Part shown: piece after piece, positions 12,483-25,476 of the stretch
How positions within the stretch are numbered: the stretch's first letter is position 1
Layout of the letters: the number at the start of each line of letters is the position of its first letter
Made by a program: the position numbers and the translations under genes
Origin: Malacoraja senta
Lineage: Eukaryota
Length of the DNA stretch: 64,000 bases
NCBI GenBank assembly: GCA_038087875.1
Contig: JAXLNO010005631.1
Span: 248,001 to 312,000, forward strand
Direction: 5' to 3'
Notes under the pieces: generated by a model
The model's input: only the letters and a program-made list of their open reading frames with translations
Told to the model about the DNA's origin: nothing
The model's database searches: none

Positions 12483-12542
12483 TCACATTTGCATCTGCTT
12501 TATGTGTTTAATTTTCTATGGCACTCCACTCCCTCTTTCTAC

Positions 12543-12716
12543 GCTCATTGAACAATGAGAAAGAAGAAGAAGTTCCCTCCTTCCGGAATTGCGTCTTCTC
12601 CAGTCTCTTCCTCACGCAGCTGATCTGGATCTCAGTCATTCAGCTGCGGATTATATTGTTTATCGCGACGATAAATCCTATGTTGAGTTTCCTGGCGGAC
12701 GGTGATTCCGTGCAAG
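12543..12716 (+). CDS. SLC43A3: SLC43A3-like exon (...NNEKEEEVPSFRNCVFSSLFLTQLIWISVIQLRIILFIATINPMLSFLADGDSVQ); 5' boundary uncertain (12543 or 12564)
   Basis: Aligns by recall to human SLC43A3 [38 protein letters not shown]..GD. Donor CAAG|gtaagg is phase 1 and compatible with the next exon. Confidence 0.8.
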
Positions 12717-13958
12717 GTAAGGGGTAGTTGCTATTCCCTGATACTTAGAGATAGGGAATGATGGAGGGAACGTGGAGAAGGGGCGTATGCGGGCTGGGAG
12801 GGTGTGGTGTAGATGAATTGAAAAGGAAGCAAAGGGGAAGAATCAGAAATGGGAGTGATAGCTAGAGATACGTGAATTGGGAATAGGGATATTAGAAGAG
12901 AATGAAAGTTAGCAAGGTGCATGCATCTTGATTGGAGCAATAACAGAGTACATAAGGGTCGTCGATGGGACAAGATTGAAGGGATAGATGGAATGTAAGA
13001 GATGAAATTGACAGAGAGGGTGAGAATGCCCGATTTTAAAGTCGATGAGAGATAGGAAACAACAAGAATCGATCAAACGACAGAATGGGGCGATGAAATC
13101 GATTAGTAATGGTGCCACAGTGGAACAGGAGACGAAGAGACAATACGGGGATCATGTGTGGTGAATAACGAGATTGATCAATACAGATGCGAAATAAAGA
13201 GGGAGAGCTGGTCTGGATAAAGCACGGTGAGGGAAGTCGGGTACAGTAACGTGTGGGATCGAGGAACGAATGAGAGAGGGAGCAATTATGTAGAGGAGTG
13301 AAGGCACAGAGGGAATTAACCAAGTTTACGAAAGTGGGAAATATCTGGCGGAATCATGTCGTCATACAGAAATGCAGTACAGAAACAGGCCCGCAGACGC
13401 ATAGACACTTTGGCCTTTATGCCGTAATCCCATTCGCCCGCATTAGAACCGTATCTACTTTGGCTTACTCCGCAAAGTAGAATAAAAATAAATAGTTTAC
13501 ACTCGCGGAATTGAAAAATTTGAGCATTATGTAAATTAAGAGATATTATAGAGATCTGGTTACTTGAGCAAATAGCGTGGAGATATGCCATTCAGCCAAC
13601 TCCAGGTACGAAGCACAAGTTGTTTGGGTCGAAGAAAATTGCATGGATGAAAAGTAAAATGCGAGTAATTGCGCTTGGGAGAAATAGTTCATTTAACTAC
13701 AAACTTCGCATCTGTGCTTCGAAATGAAGGAGTGTCCATTAAGACAGATGAGGCAGAGTGATGCCAAAGAACAGAGGGTGAAAACAGAAAGATAGGGAAA
13801 TGAAAGTGTGGCTGCTTAGTTGGTGCAGGGGACAGGGATTACGATTTCTGCAACATTGAGATTTCTTCAGGGGCAGGGTTGAGCTGTACACAAGGGACGG
13901 GGTTGTACCTTCACTGGAAGGGTACCAATATCTTTGCAGGCCGGTTCGCTAAAATACA

Positions 13959-15584
13959 AAAAACCCATCTGAATAAATCTAAAGTATTGGGGGGTCTAGC
14001 ACTACCCAATTTTATGTATTATTATTGGTCAGTAAATATTAAAAACATGATTCAACTGATGGATAACTCCGCCCAGCAAGTAGACTGGATTGTAATGGAG
14101 AAAGAGGATTGCTCCTCTAGAAACATTGGAGCGATCCTCCTCTCTCCAATGAAATTGAATAACATAAACTATAATAAGAACCCAATTATTCATAGTACAA
14201 TCCGTATTTGGAAACAAATAAAACAAAATTTAAAATTAAGAAACTTATCACTTTTATTACCTATAGTCAATAACCCTTCGTTTAGTCCTTCTATTATAGA
14301 TAAAGCTTATACACAATGGGATAGACTAGGAATTAAAACGCTTGGTGACTTGTATGAAACTGGAAAATTACTTTCATTTCAACAATTACAAATAAAATAT
14401 AAACTCGGAAATAATCAATATTTTAAATACTTTCAAATATGCGACTATTTGAAAAAATATATAAAAGATCATCATAATAACCCAGCAGATGTACTGGACG
14501 AGGCAATGCAGATAAAAGCGGAATCAGCAAACTTAATATCATATTTGTACAATATTATCTTAAATGTACAAATACCATCTACGGAGGGTATCAGAAGAGA
14601 CTGGGAACAAGAGTTAGCTATTAAAATTTCAAAGGAAAGTTGGAATGAATACTTATTAAAAGTACATAAATGCTCGATTAATGTAAGACACACTTTAATA
14701 CAATTTAAAATTTTACATAGATTATATTATTCGAAAACTAAAATTCATAAAATTTTCCCAAACGTATCATCTATTTGTGATAAATGTCAATCCCAAGAAG
14801 CAACTATAGCGCACTCATTTGTCTTCTGTACAAAAATTCAAAAATTTTGGAATGAAATTTTTGAAATCTTTACAAAGTTATTTAAAACAAGACTGATACC
14901 CAAAGCAGAATGGATTATCTTCGGAATAACGGAAGATGATCCAGAACTAAATGTGTTTCAAAAGAAATTAATGGATTATGGGTTAATAACTGGAAAAAAG
15001 CTAATTCTAAAAGTTTGGAAGAAGGCTCCAATACCAACTATAAATATGTGGATTTCAAATATGTTTGAAACATTACACCTTGAAGAGATAAGACTCCTCC
15101 TAGCAGGTAAACCAGATCACTTCCACCTGACGTGGTCTGCATTTATAGAATTATTACAAACATAGGGTGCAAAAGTACTTTAAAAAAATAAAAAATTGAG
15201 GTCGGGTAAGGGGGGATGATAGTTGAAGAGTTGGTATGTCCTATTTACGTGATGCTCAAAAAAAACATTTGTTTTTCTTTTTTTCTCTTTCTCTTTTCTT
15301 TTCTTAGGGCCTATTTCTTAACTCTTTTTCTTTTTGTTTTTAATTTCGCTCTCATAGGGTCTTCGTCCTTTTTTGTTGTTACATTTTCTACACTTTTCTA
15401 CACTTGCACTTTTTCCTTCACTTTCTTCTCTCTTTCAATCTTTTCTTTCTCTAGTGTAAAAAAATAAATGGGGGGAGTACATTAATTGTAAGAAGATATA
15501 AATGACGAGTATTAATGTATGTGGCTGTGATGTAATGTACTTCTAATAAATAAAAATTTAAAAAAAAAATAAAAAAAATAAAAA
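13959..15584 (+). mobile_element. 5'-truncated L1 of a second lineage (ORF2 C-terminus, 3' UTR, A-rich tail) with 8-bp TSD
   Basis: GGLALPNF...CDKCQSQEATIAHSFVFC. TSD AAAATACA at 13951-13958 and 15585-15592. Confidence 0.9.
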
Positions 15585-15592
15585 AAAATACA

Positions 15593-16380
15593 CGGGTGAC
15601 TTTAAACTAGATTGGCATTGGGAAGGTATTTCATACAGGACAGAGGGAGATGAGAGTTTAGAACTTCGAAAGCAGCGTAGAGAGAGAAATGTTAGAGGAG
15701 AGAATAGGCTGCGGGAAGGCGAAGAGTGGGGAAGGGATGTTAGTTCAAACTGCACGTATTAGCCATTACTTAAACCTGGTTAAGAGAAGGGCAGGACTGG
15801 CAGCTCAAAGTTCCCGGGGTACAGATGCTTCAGGATAGACGGGGGTGAGCCTAAAAGAGGAGGGGGAGGGGAGGAGCTTGCATTATTGGTTAAGGAGGAT
15901 GTCACTGCAGTGGTCAGATGTAACCTTATGTATGGGCATTGATGAGGCTTTATGGGTAGACCTGAAGAACAAGAAAGGGACGATCACCTTGTTGGGGGTG
16001 TCCTGCAGACCTCCACATAGACAACGTGAATTAGAAGAACAAATATGTCAGAAGATTGCAGACATCTGCAGGTCATATCCGTTTGTTTTAGTTGGGGAGT
16101 TAGACTTTCCAAATATTAACTGTGATGTCATATTGTGAAATGTTCAGATAGGGTGTATTTACTCAAAGGTGTTAAGAGGAGTTTTCACCAGCAATATATA
16201 GGGAGCCCCACACGTGATAGCGCAACACTTGATCTAGTCTTGGGAAATTGGGAAGGGTAACTAAATGATGTGTTTGTGGAGGAGCCTTGTGGGACCTGTG
16301 GCCATTGTTGGATTAGGTTTAAGATAGTTATGGATAGGGATAGAGAGGGTCCACGTGTTAAAATGATCAAATAGGGTGCG
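15593..16380 (+). mobile_element. Degraded CR1 endonuclease-region fragment
   Basis: Remnants of GGGV.LLV, LWV.L.NKKG..TLLGV..RPP, GDFNFP-like and LDLVLGN. Confidence 0.75.
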
Positions 16381-16497
16381 GCCGACTTTGAGGCTATGAG
16401 AGACAGGCGCATCAATTTGATTGGAACAGGTTGTTTGGAGGGAAAGAAACATCGGTTGCTTGGGATGGTTCTAAAAGTGCGTTGACGAGAGCTCAGG

Positions 16498-18178
16498 ATG
16501 TGTGAGTGAGTGTGTGAGTGAGTGCGTGAGTGCGTGAGTGTGTGTGAGTGTGACTGTATGTGAGTGTATGTGTGTGTGTGAGTGTATGTGCATATGTGNN
16601 NNNNNNNNNNNNNNNNNNNNNNNNNNNNNNNNNNNNNNNNNNNNNNNNNNNNNNNNNNNNNNNNNNNNNNNNNNNNNNNNNNNNNNNNNNNNNNNNNNNN
16701 NNNNNNNNNNNNNNNNNNNNNNNNNNNNNNNNNNNNNNNNNNNNNNNNNNNNNNNNNNNNNNNNNNNNNNNNNNNNNNNNNNNNNNNNNNNNNNNNNNNN
16801 NNNNNNNNNNNNNNNNNNNNNNNNNNNNNNNNNNNNNNNNNNNNNNNNNNNNNNNNNNNNNNNNNNNNNNNNNNNNNNNNNNNNNNNNNNNNNNNNNNNN
16901 NNNNNNNNNNNNNNNNNNNNNNNNNNNNNNNNNNNNNNNNNNNNNNNNNNNNNNNNNNNNNNNNNNNNNNNNNNNNNNTGAGTGTNNNNNNNNNNNNNNN
17001 NNNNNNNNNNNNNNNNNNNNNNNNNNNNNNNNNNNNNNNNNNNNNNNNNNNNNNNNNNNNNNNNNNNNNNNNNNNNNNNNNNNNNNNNNNNNNNNNNNNN
17101 NNNNNNNNNNNNNNNNNNNNNNNNNNNNNNNNNNNNNNNNNNNNNNNNNNNNNNNNNNNNNNNNNNNNNNNNNNNNNNNNNNNNNNNNNNNNNNNNNNNN
17201 NNNNNNNNNNNNNNNNNNNNNNNNNNNNNNNNNNNNNNNNNNNNNNNNNNNNNNNNNNNNNNNNNNNNNNNNNNNNNNNNNNNNNNNNNNNGTGTATGTG
17301 TGAGTGTGTGAGTCTGTGTATGNNNNNNNNNNNNNNNNNNNNNNNNNNNNNNNNNNNNNNNNNNNNNNNNNNNNNNNNNNNNNNNNNNNNNNNNNNNNNN
17401 NNNNNNNNNNNNNNNNNNNNNNNNNNNNNNNNNNNNNNNNNNNNNNNNNNNNNNNNNNNNNNNNNNNNNNNNNNNNNNNNNNNNNNNNNNNNNGAGTGAG
17501 TGTGTGAGTGAGCGTGTGGGTGAGTTTGTGTGTGAGAGTATATGCGTGAGTGTGAGTGTATGTTTGTGAGTGTAAGTGTGTGNNNNNNNNNNNNNNNNNN
17601 NNNNNNNNNNNNNNNNNNNNNNNNNNNNNNNNNNNNNNNNNNNNNNNNNNNNNNNNNNNNNNNNNNNNNNNNNNNNNNNNNNNNNNNNNNNNNNNNNNNN
17701 NNNNNNNNNNNNNNNNNNNNNNNNNNNNNNNNNNNNNNNNNNNNNNNNNNNNNNNNNNNNNNNNNNNNNNNNNNNNNNNNNNNNNNNNNNNNNNNNNNNN
17801 NNNNNNNNNNNNNNNNNNNNNNNNNNNNNNNNNNNNNNNNNNNNNNNNNNNNNNNNNNNNNNNNNNNNNNNNNNNNNNNNNNNNNNNNNNNNNNNNNNNN
17901 NNNNNNNNNNNNNNNNNNNNNNNNNNNNNNNNNNNNNNNNNNNNNNNNNNNNNNNNNNNNNNNNNNNNNNNNNNNNNNNNNNNNNNNNNNNNNNNNNNNN
18001 NNNNNNNNNNNNNNNNNNNNNNNNNNNNNNNNNNNNNNNNNNNNNNNNNNNNNNNNNNNNNNNNNNNNNNNNNNNNNNNNNNNNNNNNNNNNNNNNNNNN
18101 NNNNNNNNNNNNNNNNNNNNNNNNNNNNNNNNNNNNNNNNNNNNNNNNNNNNNNNNNNNNNNNNNNNNNNNNNNNNNN
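16498..18178. repeat. Long (GT/GAGT)n microsatellite region, mostly N
   Basis: gtgtgagtgagt islands between N-runs. All the long ORFs here are artefacts. Confidence 0.9.
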
Positions 18179-19594
18179 GGAGCTGTTCCTCCACCGACCT
18201 TCTGTTCAGATTCGGCATAGAATGCATTGAGTTCATCGGGGAAGAGGCCACTTTTGCGATGTTTACTATCCAACCTCGGTTTGCGGCCTGTTATAGCGTG
18301 CAAGCTTTGCAAAATTATATGCATTGCCTCGAGACTTCCTTCAGCATTATCTGTAAATAACTTAGATAAATTAATTGTACCAACGTACCTCAATACTCTG
18401 CGTCAATTTTCAATAGGCCCCGACCACGGGTGAACAAGAGGAAGATGACTGAATTTTGTTGCCTTCCCTCACAGTGGGAAATTGGGGGGATGTTTTACGT
18501 TTGTGTTAAATTCTATAGTGTTGTGTTTATCTTATGTGTGTGGTGTATGATAAGTCAAATTTCACTGCACCAATTGGTGTATGTGACAATAAATGTCCTT
18601 TGTCCTTTGTCCTTTGATTATCTCGGCGAGTTTTATCCTCGTCTGAATTGAGTCGGGTGTCCGTCTCCACACGAGACCCCCGCCCCGCCACAAACACGCA
18701 TGTCCCAATTACAGGCACGTGCATATCGCACCATGCACAATGTTCCATCATAGACCCCTTATACACTGTACCTGATCCCACTTCAGACCCATATGGTATT
18801 CCCTCGCAGATGTGTGTCCTAATCTTCACACTAACGCGTATCCGAATGTACAACATTAGCATTCAAGTATCTGCACAACTGTACCCTTACCCTTTATCCG
18901 AAATATAAGCATATACTCAGACTCATATCGTAATTGCTGCCCAGATATGTAACCCAAACCTCAGCCAGGACTGTACACTGATCATTTTTTAATCTGAAAT
19001 TATATATCCCACCACATTAATATCAGTTACATCACGATTACCGCATCCCATTCCCGTACCGGCACACTTCGAATGCACCCCATGGCATTGACTGGGATCC
19101 CCACGCACTCTCAATTCGCTATCCCAGCGCTCAATCGGACCTGTCTCCGAATTCATGACTAAACATTGTGCCATCCATCATAATCAACATTATCTCAATT
19201 AGAGTTCCAGTTATTGAGTCAAACAGCGCGGAAACAGACCCATCGGCACAACTTCCTCACACCGTCCACCATGTCCCATTTACACTAGTCGAACCTGTTT
19301 GCGTTGGGCACATACCTCTCTAAACCTATTCTGTCTCATTATTTCTTAATCATTACAATAGTCTCTGCCTCAACTACCTCATCTTGCAGCCTGTTCCATA
19401 CACCAATTAACGTTTATACGAAAAAGTTACCCCTCAGAGTCATGTTAAATATTTCCGCCTTTAACGTAAACCTATGTCATCTGGTTCTCGATTCACTGAG
19501 ACACTGTTCATTCATCTCATATGTTCGATCTATTCATCTCATATGTTACACACCTAACCCATTGCTATTTCTACATTTGTTCTTTATTATACAG

Positions 19595-19711
19595 TCAGCA
19601 AACTTACAAACGCTCTCGGTATTATCCAATTATGCGGCATCTTGTGCGCGCCATGGAATGGGTTCATCTTCGACTGCCACAAACGGAGAAACCAGCGGTT
19701 GGACACATCAG
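19595..19711 (+). CDS. SLC43A3: SLC43A3-like exon (VSKLTNALGIIQLCGILCAPWNGFIFDCHKRRNQRLDTS)
   Basis: ttattatacag|TC ... TCAG|gtaacc, 117 nt, phase 1-1. CAPWNG is an SLC43 family motif. Confidence 0.92.
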
Positions 19712-19784
19712 GTAACCCGAGAGATCTGAGTCGCTTCCACACAATTACAGATATTTCAGACACAGACATAAGATAGACGAGGGC

Positions 19785-20900
19785 TAATTATGGATCTTCG
19801 TGTGAGGTTGTGTCTCACGAATCTGATTGCGTTATTTGAGGATTTGACCAAAATGTTCATTGATGACAGAGCTGTGCACGTTGTATACATTGATTTCAAG
19901 AAGGCATTCGACAAGTTTCGGCATAGTTGGCTGCCCTGGAAGGTTAGATCCCGTGGGACGCAAGCAGAGATACCCGAATGGACATAAAATTGGCTTCAGG
20001 GAACGAAGCATAGGGTATTTGTGGTAGATTGCTCTTGAGACTGGAGGGCTGTATTTAGTGGTGTTCCACATGGTTCGGTTGTGCCCTATTGCTGTTTGTG
20101 ATATATATCAATGATTTGGATGAGAGCGTACATAGCATGATTAGTAAGATTTCTCTAACACAACAGTGGGTGGTATTGCAGATAGTGAAGTTGTTTTCCA
20201 AACATTGCAGCAGAGTCCTCATTGGTTGCGCAGGTGCACTGAGGAATGCAGTGAAATGTGAGGTGTTTCATTTTGGGAGCGCTAACATGGGTAGGAGCTA
20301 CACGGTGACTGGTAGGGCGCTGAAGGTGAGGGAGGGGTGCAGAGTTGAGGGTTCGGGATGTACAGATACCTAATTCACTGAAAGTGGCATCACGAATAGA
20401 TGGGATGCTCAAAAAGGCTTTGGCCTTTTTCAGTCATAGTCGGAGGTCATGTCGCAGTTGTATAAGATGTTGTTGTGGCCGCATTGGCAACATTGTGTTC
20501 AGTTTTGGGCACCATGTTATAGGAAAGATGTCAAACTGGAAAGGGTGCAAATAAGTTTTACGACGTTAACAGGTCTCGAGGTTCTGGGCTCTAGGGAGAT
20601 TTTCAGTAGACTAGGACTCTGTTCCTTGGTGCGCATGAGGACGAGGAGAATGTTATAGAGGTGTACAAAATCATCAGAGGAATATGTTCGGTCGACGCAA
20701 GATTTCTACCCCAGAGGAGTGGAATTGAGAACCAGAGGAACAGATTTAAATTGAGTAGTGAAAGATTTAAAGAGCACAAAGACTGATAAGTGTATGGTAT
20801 GAGCTGCCGGAGAGGGTAGTTGCAGGTACTATCGCAATATTTATGAAATATTTAGACAGCTACATAGATAGGACAGATTTATGGAGATATGGGACAAACG
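19785..20900 (+). mobile_element. Degraded CR1-like RT and 3' fragment
   Basis: CLTNLI..F, VYIDFKKAFDK, LFVIYINDL, HCVQFWAP, with many frameshifts. Confidence 0.85.
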
Positions 20901-20920
20901 CAGGTTGGTGGGACGAGGTT

Positions 20921-21625
20921 GGTATACCCTGGCCGGTCACACCGCCGACAAACATCATGGCATAGCTACGTTTGTTCGTCATGACATGACCTGGTCAGCC
21001 ATAGCAGAGTCCGCAGAGGATGCAGAGGTAGAATGGATCACAACCAAATTGCAAGACACTCCCATTGTCAACATTTACAAGCCGCCTCCGAACAGGTTGG
21101 TCCCAACATCTCTGCCAGATGTCCCAGCACCTGCCGTGTATGCTGGTGATTTCAACAGCCTTCATACAGACTGGGCATACAGCAGCTCCAACGCTGACGG
21201 CGACTTCCTGGCAGAATGGGCCTCGACCGCCGATGCAACACTCCTATACGACCCAAAGGAGCCACGCACTTTCTACTCTGCACGCTGGAACAGCACCACC
21301 AACCCGGACCTGGCCTTCGCAAAATGTCGCAACAACCAACCGCTCCCAGTAACGCATCCTGGACAGGTTTCCTCGGTCACACCATCGACCATCGCTCATA
21401 ACCATTCCATTTCTGGTCCAGCCCGTCGAAAGGAAAGACGTCAAGGGGTGGAAATTCCGGAAAGCAAACTGGGTAGGCTTCACACAACAAGTGAATAAGG
21501 CAGCCGCTGGCCTCCCACACCCACGCCCCACCAACCTGAACAATTCCTACGACTCATACTGCAAGATGCTGCTGGCCGCCGCCAAGAAGAACATCCCCCG
21601 CGGTGTAAGTAAAGCCGCCATCTTG
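20921..21625 (+). mobile_element. Vingi/Ingi-like LINE endonuclease fragment
   Basis: IVNIYKPP, YAGDFNS..W.Y, TFYSARW...PDLAF; after a frameshift, FPRSHHRP, WKFRKANW-like and AAKKNIPRG. Clade assignment is from recall. Confidence 0.7.
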
Positions 21626-22046
21626 GAGGAACGGCTGCTAAACAGCAGCCGTCCGTCAAATTCACTTTTTCTTTAGTTTTAGCTTTTTTAATGTGTTTGT
21701 TTGTTTGGGGGATTTCGACTTTTAATGTGGGGGGGTAAGGGGGAAACTATTTCTGGGTCCCTACCTGGTCGGTGAGGCAGCTTTTTCTCCAGGCTGCCCC
21801 GTCGACCCGTCCTCGTGGCCTACCAGCGGGCATGGAGCGCCGTTTCCTGACGGGGACTGCCCAGCACCTTCAGCTTCGGTGGGGGCACAGTCTTCCACTC
21901 TCTGTTCATTTTGTTCCAGCCTCTCCGCTCTCCACCGCGGAAGTCAACCCCTCCACCCTCAGGGATAAACTCTCTGGATCGGGTAGGATATAGTGATACT
22001 GATGGGGAGCGCGGATCGTTAACGACGTCTTGTCTCTTTTCCCCAG

Positions 22047-22239
22047 GCTCGGCCTCCTCTGAGAGACTGGCGGACATGCAATCGGCGGTGCTGCCTCTCG
22101 CCATTACCGTCACGTTCTCTGTCGCCTTCACGGTCTGCGCCGCCATCCCCGTGTTGGAGGTGCAGTACCTGACCTTCATCCTGCAAACGGTCAACCGCGC
22201 GTTCCTGTACGGTGGACTCAGTGCGTTCATCGTCATTAC
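22047..22239 (+). CDS. SLC43A3: SLC43A3-like exon (GSASSERLADMQSAVLPLAITVTFSVAFTVCAAIPVLEVQYLTFILQTVNRAFLYGGLSAFIVIT)
   Basis: ttttccccag|GC ... AC|gtaagt, 193 nt. QYLTFILQ..R.FLYG matches SLC43A3. Confidence 0.94.
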
Positions 22240-22601
22240 GTAAGTGAACTCGTCACACGAGGGATGGATCAGGGTTTAGTAGCCAAAGCCCAAAGCATTA
22301 GATCTGAATTTTGGCGATCAGGACTGCCTGTAAGATGTTGAATCCTCTTTAAGTAGACGGTAAAATGAAACCGATTGAGGGTCTGGGCGGGGAATAGGCA
22401 TTCCAATGCGGAGAGAATGTTCCCGTGGCTTGTTCCAATAAACGAATAATGTAGGTGATACACGGAAGCAATCAACGTGTGAGCTTGGGACACGGGTCCG
22501 CTGGATCATAAATACTGATGTAACTGATGTTAGGCCCATTGGACAGCTCGTGCATTCCTGGGTACGATACAATGCTTTGCATTAAACTTCTACTCTTCCA
22601 G

Positions 22602-22725
22602 GTTCCCTCTGTGTCACTTTGGAAAAATCTACGGGATAACGTTGGCTCTGGCAGCCGTGGTCTCTCTGCTCCAGTATCCCTGCTTTATCCTCGTCAATGG
22701 ACCCTTGCAGGGAAACCCATTGTAC
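22602..22725 (+). CDS. SLC43A3: SLC43A3-like penultimate exon (FPLCHFGKIYGITLALAAVVSLLQYPCFILVNGPLQGNPLY)
   Basis: ctcttccag|G ... TAC|gtaagt, 124 nt, phase 2-0. Matches FPSEHFGKLFG...SLLQFP...DPFY. Confidence 0.94.
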
Positions 22726-23593
22726 GTAAGTATCCAATTGCTGAGGTTTCTGTGAAACCCACGGAGACACCGCCGAAGTCTTCTGCAAACAACAGACACA
22801 GAAGCAACCGTTTTTGCTCAGGCATTATATCCAATTGCAGCCGCCTTACTTTAGGGTGGATGACAATGCTTGGAAGAGGAGCGTAAAGGAAATAACTGAT
22901 CGGGGTTCAGTGGGGATACCGAATGAGCGGTGCTTGCCCTTAAATAGAGACTGTTCCTGGGTGATGAGGCAGAGGTGAAGAACATAGTGAAAGATTTGTA
23001 GTGAGCAAATGGTGTGGAACGAGATGAGGATTGGTGGCCCAAAAGTCACAGCCTGATGGCGGTTGGTTGTAGAACCAGCCTGAAGCCGGGAAAAGTTTGC
23101 CCAGAGACTGTGTGGCTCTGCTTGTTGGAGGCGGAATATTTGTAGGAAATGAGTTGAAATAACGTGTGCTGTCGTGGGAATGGGACGTGGAACGGGTGTG
23201 TAGGGAGTTATTCGAATTGTGAGCACCAAAGATCATAGACCGGAGAAAGGGTTCACTCGTGAAAAAGCCGTATTAGGTGATGGGTAATCTTCAGCGCCAT
23301 TTCCGTAACCGGCTTCCGTCATGGCGTCAAGCTAATTCAGGGAGATTCTGCTATATCAGGGTGAGAGATTAAAGGATAGACACAAAATGCAGCGGGTCGG
23401 ACGGCATTTCTGGAAAAAAGGAATAGGTGACATTTCGGGTCGAAACCCGTCTTCATACTGAGTCAGTGGAAAGAGGAACTCAAACCATCCTCCCCCCTTC
23501 CCTCCGACACGGACACGGAGCGATCGCAGCCCACCTCCTTTTTTTTTGTTAAATATCTATTTCGTTAGGGTGTTTTTTTTTATTTCCCCCTTA

Positions 23594-23818
<225 letters not shown>

Positions 23819-24066
23819 TCAGACTGAGTCAGGGTAAAGAGGAACAAGAGATATAGATGGTACTAAGGACAAATTAATGGAAGATATGCCTATATCTCCC
23901 GTTTCCCTTTCACTTGACTGCCAGACTGAAGAAGGGTCTCGACCCGAGATGTCACCTATACCACTCTATGATCGTTGCTTTCTTCCGTCTGTCCGCGCGT
24001 TCGCTCGCTCTAGGTGCCGGCCCTTCTCCCCTCAGACTCCGCCAAACAAATACACACACACACAGC

Positions 24067-24132
24067 ATGTCCGTCAGATCGGTGCGGGCCGAGACCAGGA
24101 GCAGGGCGAAGGATGACATCTATCGAAAAAGT
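24067..24132 (+). pseudogene. Second, inverted and truncated BCL7 exon-1 copy (MSVRSVRAETRSRAKDDI then frameshift)
   Basis: Shares the 5' UTR with the 23595-23790 copy. A 17-nt deletion removes AAACGGGTCATGGCAGC. Truncated after GAAAAAGT. Confidence 0.85.
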
Positions 24133-24209
24133 CAACCCGAAATATAACCTAATCATTTTCTCCAGAGATGGTGCCTGATCCGCTGATTTACACCAGCCTT
24201 TTGTGTCTT

Positions 24210-24916
24210 GATTGATTGATTGATTGATTTTTACTTTATTAATCCCCTTATTCAGGGGAAATTCAGATGTCCTTGCAGCACACTAATAAAAATACAACAT
24301 AGCATTAAAGAAGTTTAACATTAAAACATAAAAACATCCCCCCACAATGGTTCCCACTGTGGGGGGAGGCACAAAGTCCAGTCCCCATCCCCATGTCCAC
24401 CCATAGTCGGGCCTATTGAGGCCTCCACAGTCGCCGCTACGGAGGCTCGATGTTCCTGGCCGTTCTCGCCGGGTGATGGTACTCCGGCGTCGGGAGAACC
24501 CTCTCAGCGGCTTGGGGTGCCAGGAACGGCCGCCTTCTTACCGGAGACCGCGGCTTCAAAGCCAACAGGCCGCTCTGGACGGAGCTCCACATACTGGCGA
24601 TCTCGGCGAGAGATCCCAGGCTCCACGATGTTAAAGTCAGCGCTGCCGCCCGCAGCTGGCCGCTCCACAGACCCGCGGCTCCGCGATGTTTTTATCGGCG
24701 GTCCCAGCATACCGGAGTTCCAGCGTGGCGACCCAGACAAGGCATCGCCCACTCCGCGATAGCGCTCCAGCACTGTGCCGCCGCCGAAGCCGAGGTTCTG
24801 GCCAGGTCCCCTCAGCAAACGCCGCTCCAGGCCCCGCTGGTAGGCCGCGAGGACGGGTCGAAGGTGCTGCTCGGAGGAAAGCACCCTCTCCGACCAGGTA
24901 GGGACTTGAAAAAGAA
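24210..24916 (-). mobile_element. Non-autonomous LINE-derived element (GC-rich 5' leader fused to 3' tail with (AATC)n), inserted into a Penelope tail
   Basis: Putative TSD GTCTT at 24205-24209 and 24917-24921. The leader is homologous to 21757-21870(+). The host Penelope tail resumes at 24922. Confidence 0.65.
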
Positions 24917-25476
24917 GTCTTCTGGTTTAAACCGAATACTGGTCTGTCTTCGGTTTAAACCAGTATCTGCAATTCCTGCCTATACACAATATGTGCCTTT
25001 TTCGAGTGTATTAGCGCGTGTCCGGTCAGATTTGGCTTCCAGTCAGATTAACAATCACGCAAGTTTCCACACACACACTTACTTCAGCAAATAGCGACAA
25101 AGGCAGTGATGGTGGGGGGTGGGGGGGGGGGATTGATGAGGGTTTACTGCATTTAAAAATTAAAAAAATTAAAAAACATTTAAAACATTTAAAAACACAC
25201 AAACTGTTCCCCCGCAGCGCTTAGTACATTGTGAGAGGCATAACTGGTCTGGTCGGGTTTACTGAAAAGACGGAATTTACGCTCCGGTGCGTACTACAAG
25301 CCAGTCCATTAGATTTCACAGGAGTGGACCATCTTGCTGCGCTCTATGATCTTTGGTCAGCACCGAGCAGACGGTCCCATCTTTGCTGAAAACTCGAATT
25401 ATTCGTTGTTGCATTCGGGGTAGTCGCTTCTCAAAAACTAATCTCTCCCAACGTCTTCGTTTCCATTACAACACAG

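Noticed and set aside
12487-12494. Perfect octamer ATTTGCAT
   Set aside because: Isolated, in an SLC43A3 intron next to a CR1 end; no V-gene leader nearby and the count is within chance expectation.
13879-15165. 428-aa ORF fusing a CR1 ORF1 tail to L1 ORF2 C-terminus
   Set aside because: Chance in-frame junction at the L1 5' truncation point (TSD at 13951); no evidence of a domesticated gene.
16185-18393. Very long ORFs over the N-runs, also 48183-49908
   Set aside because: Artefacts of N bases and (GT)n repeats.
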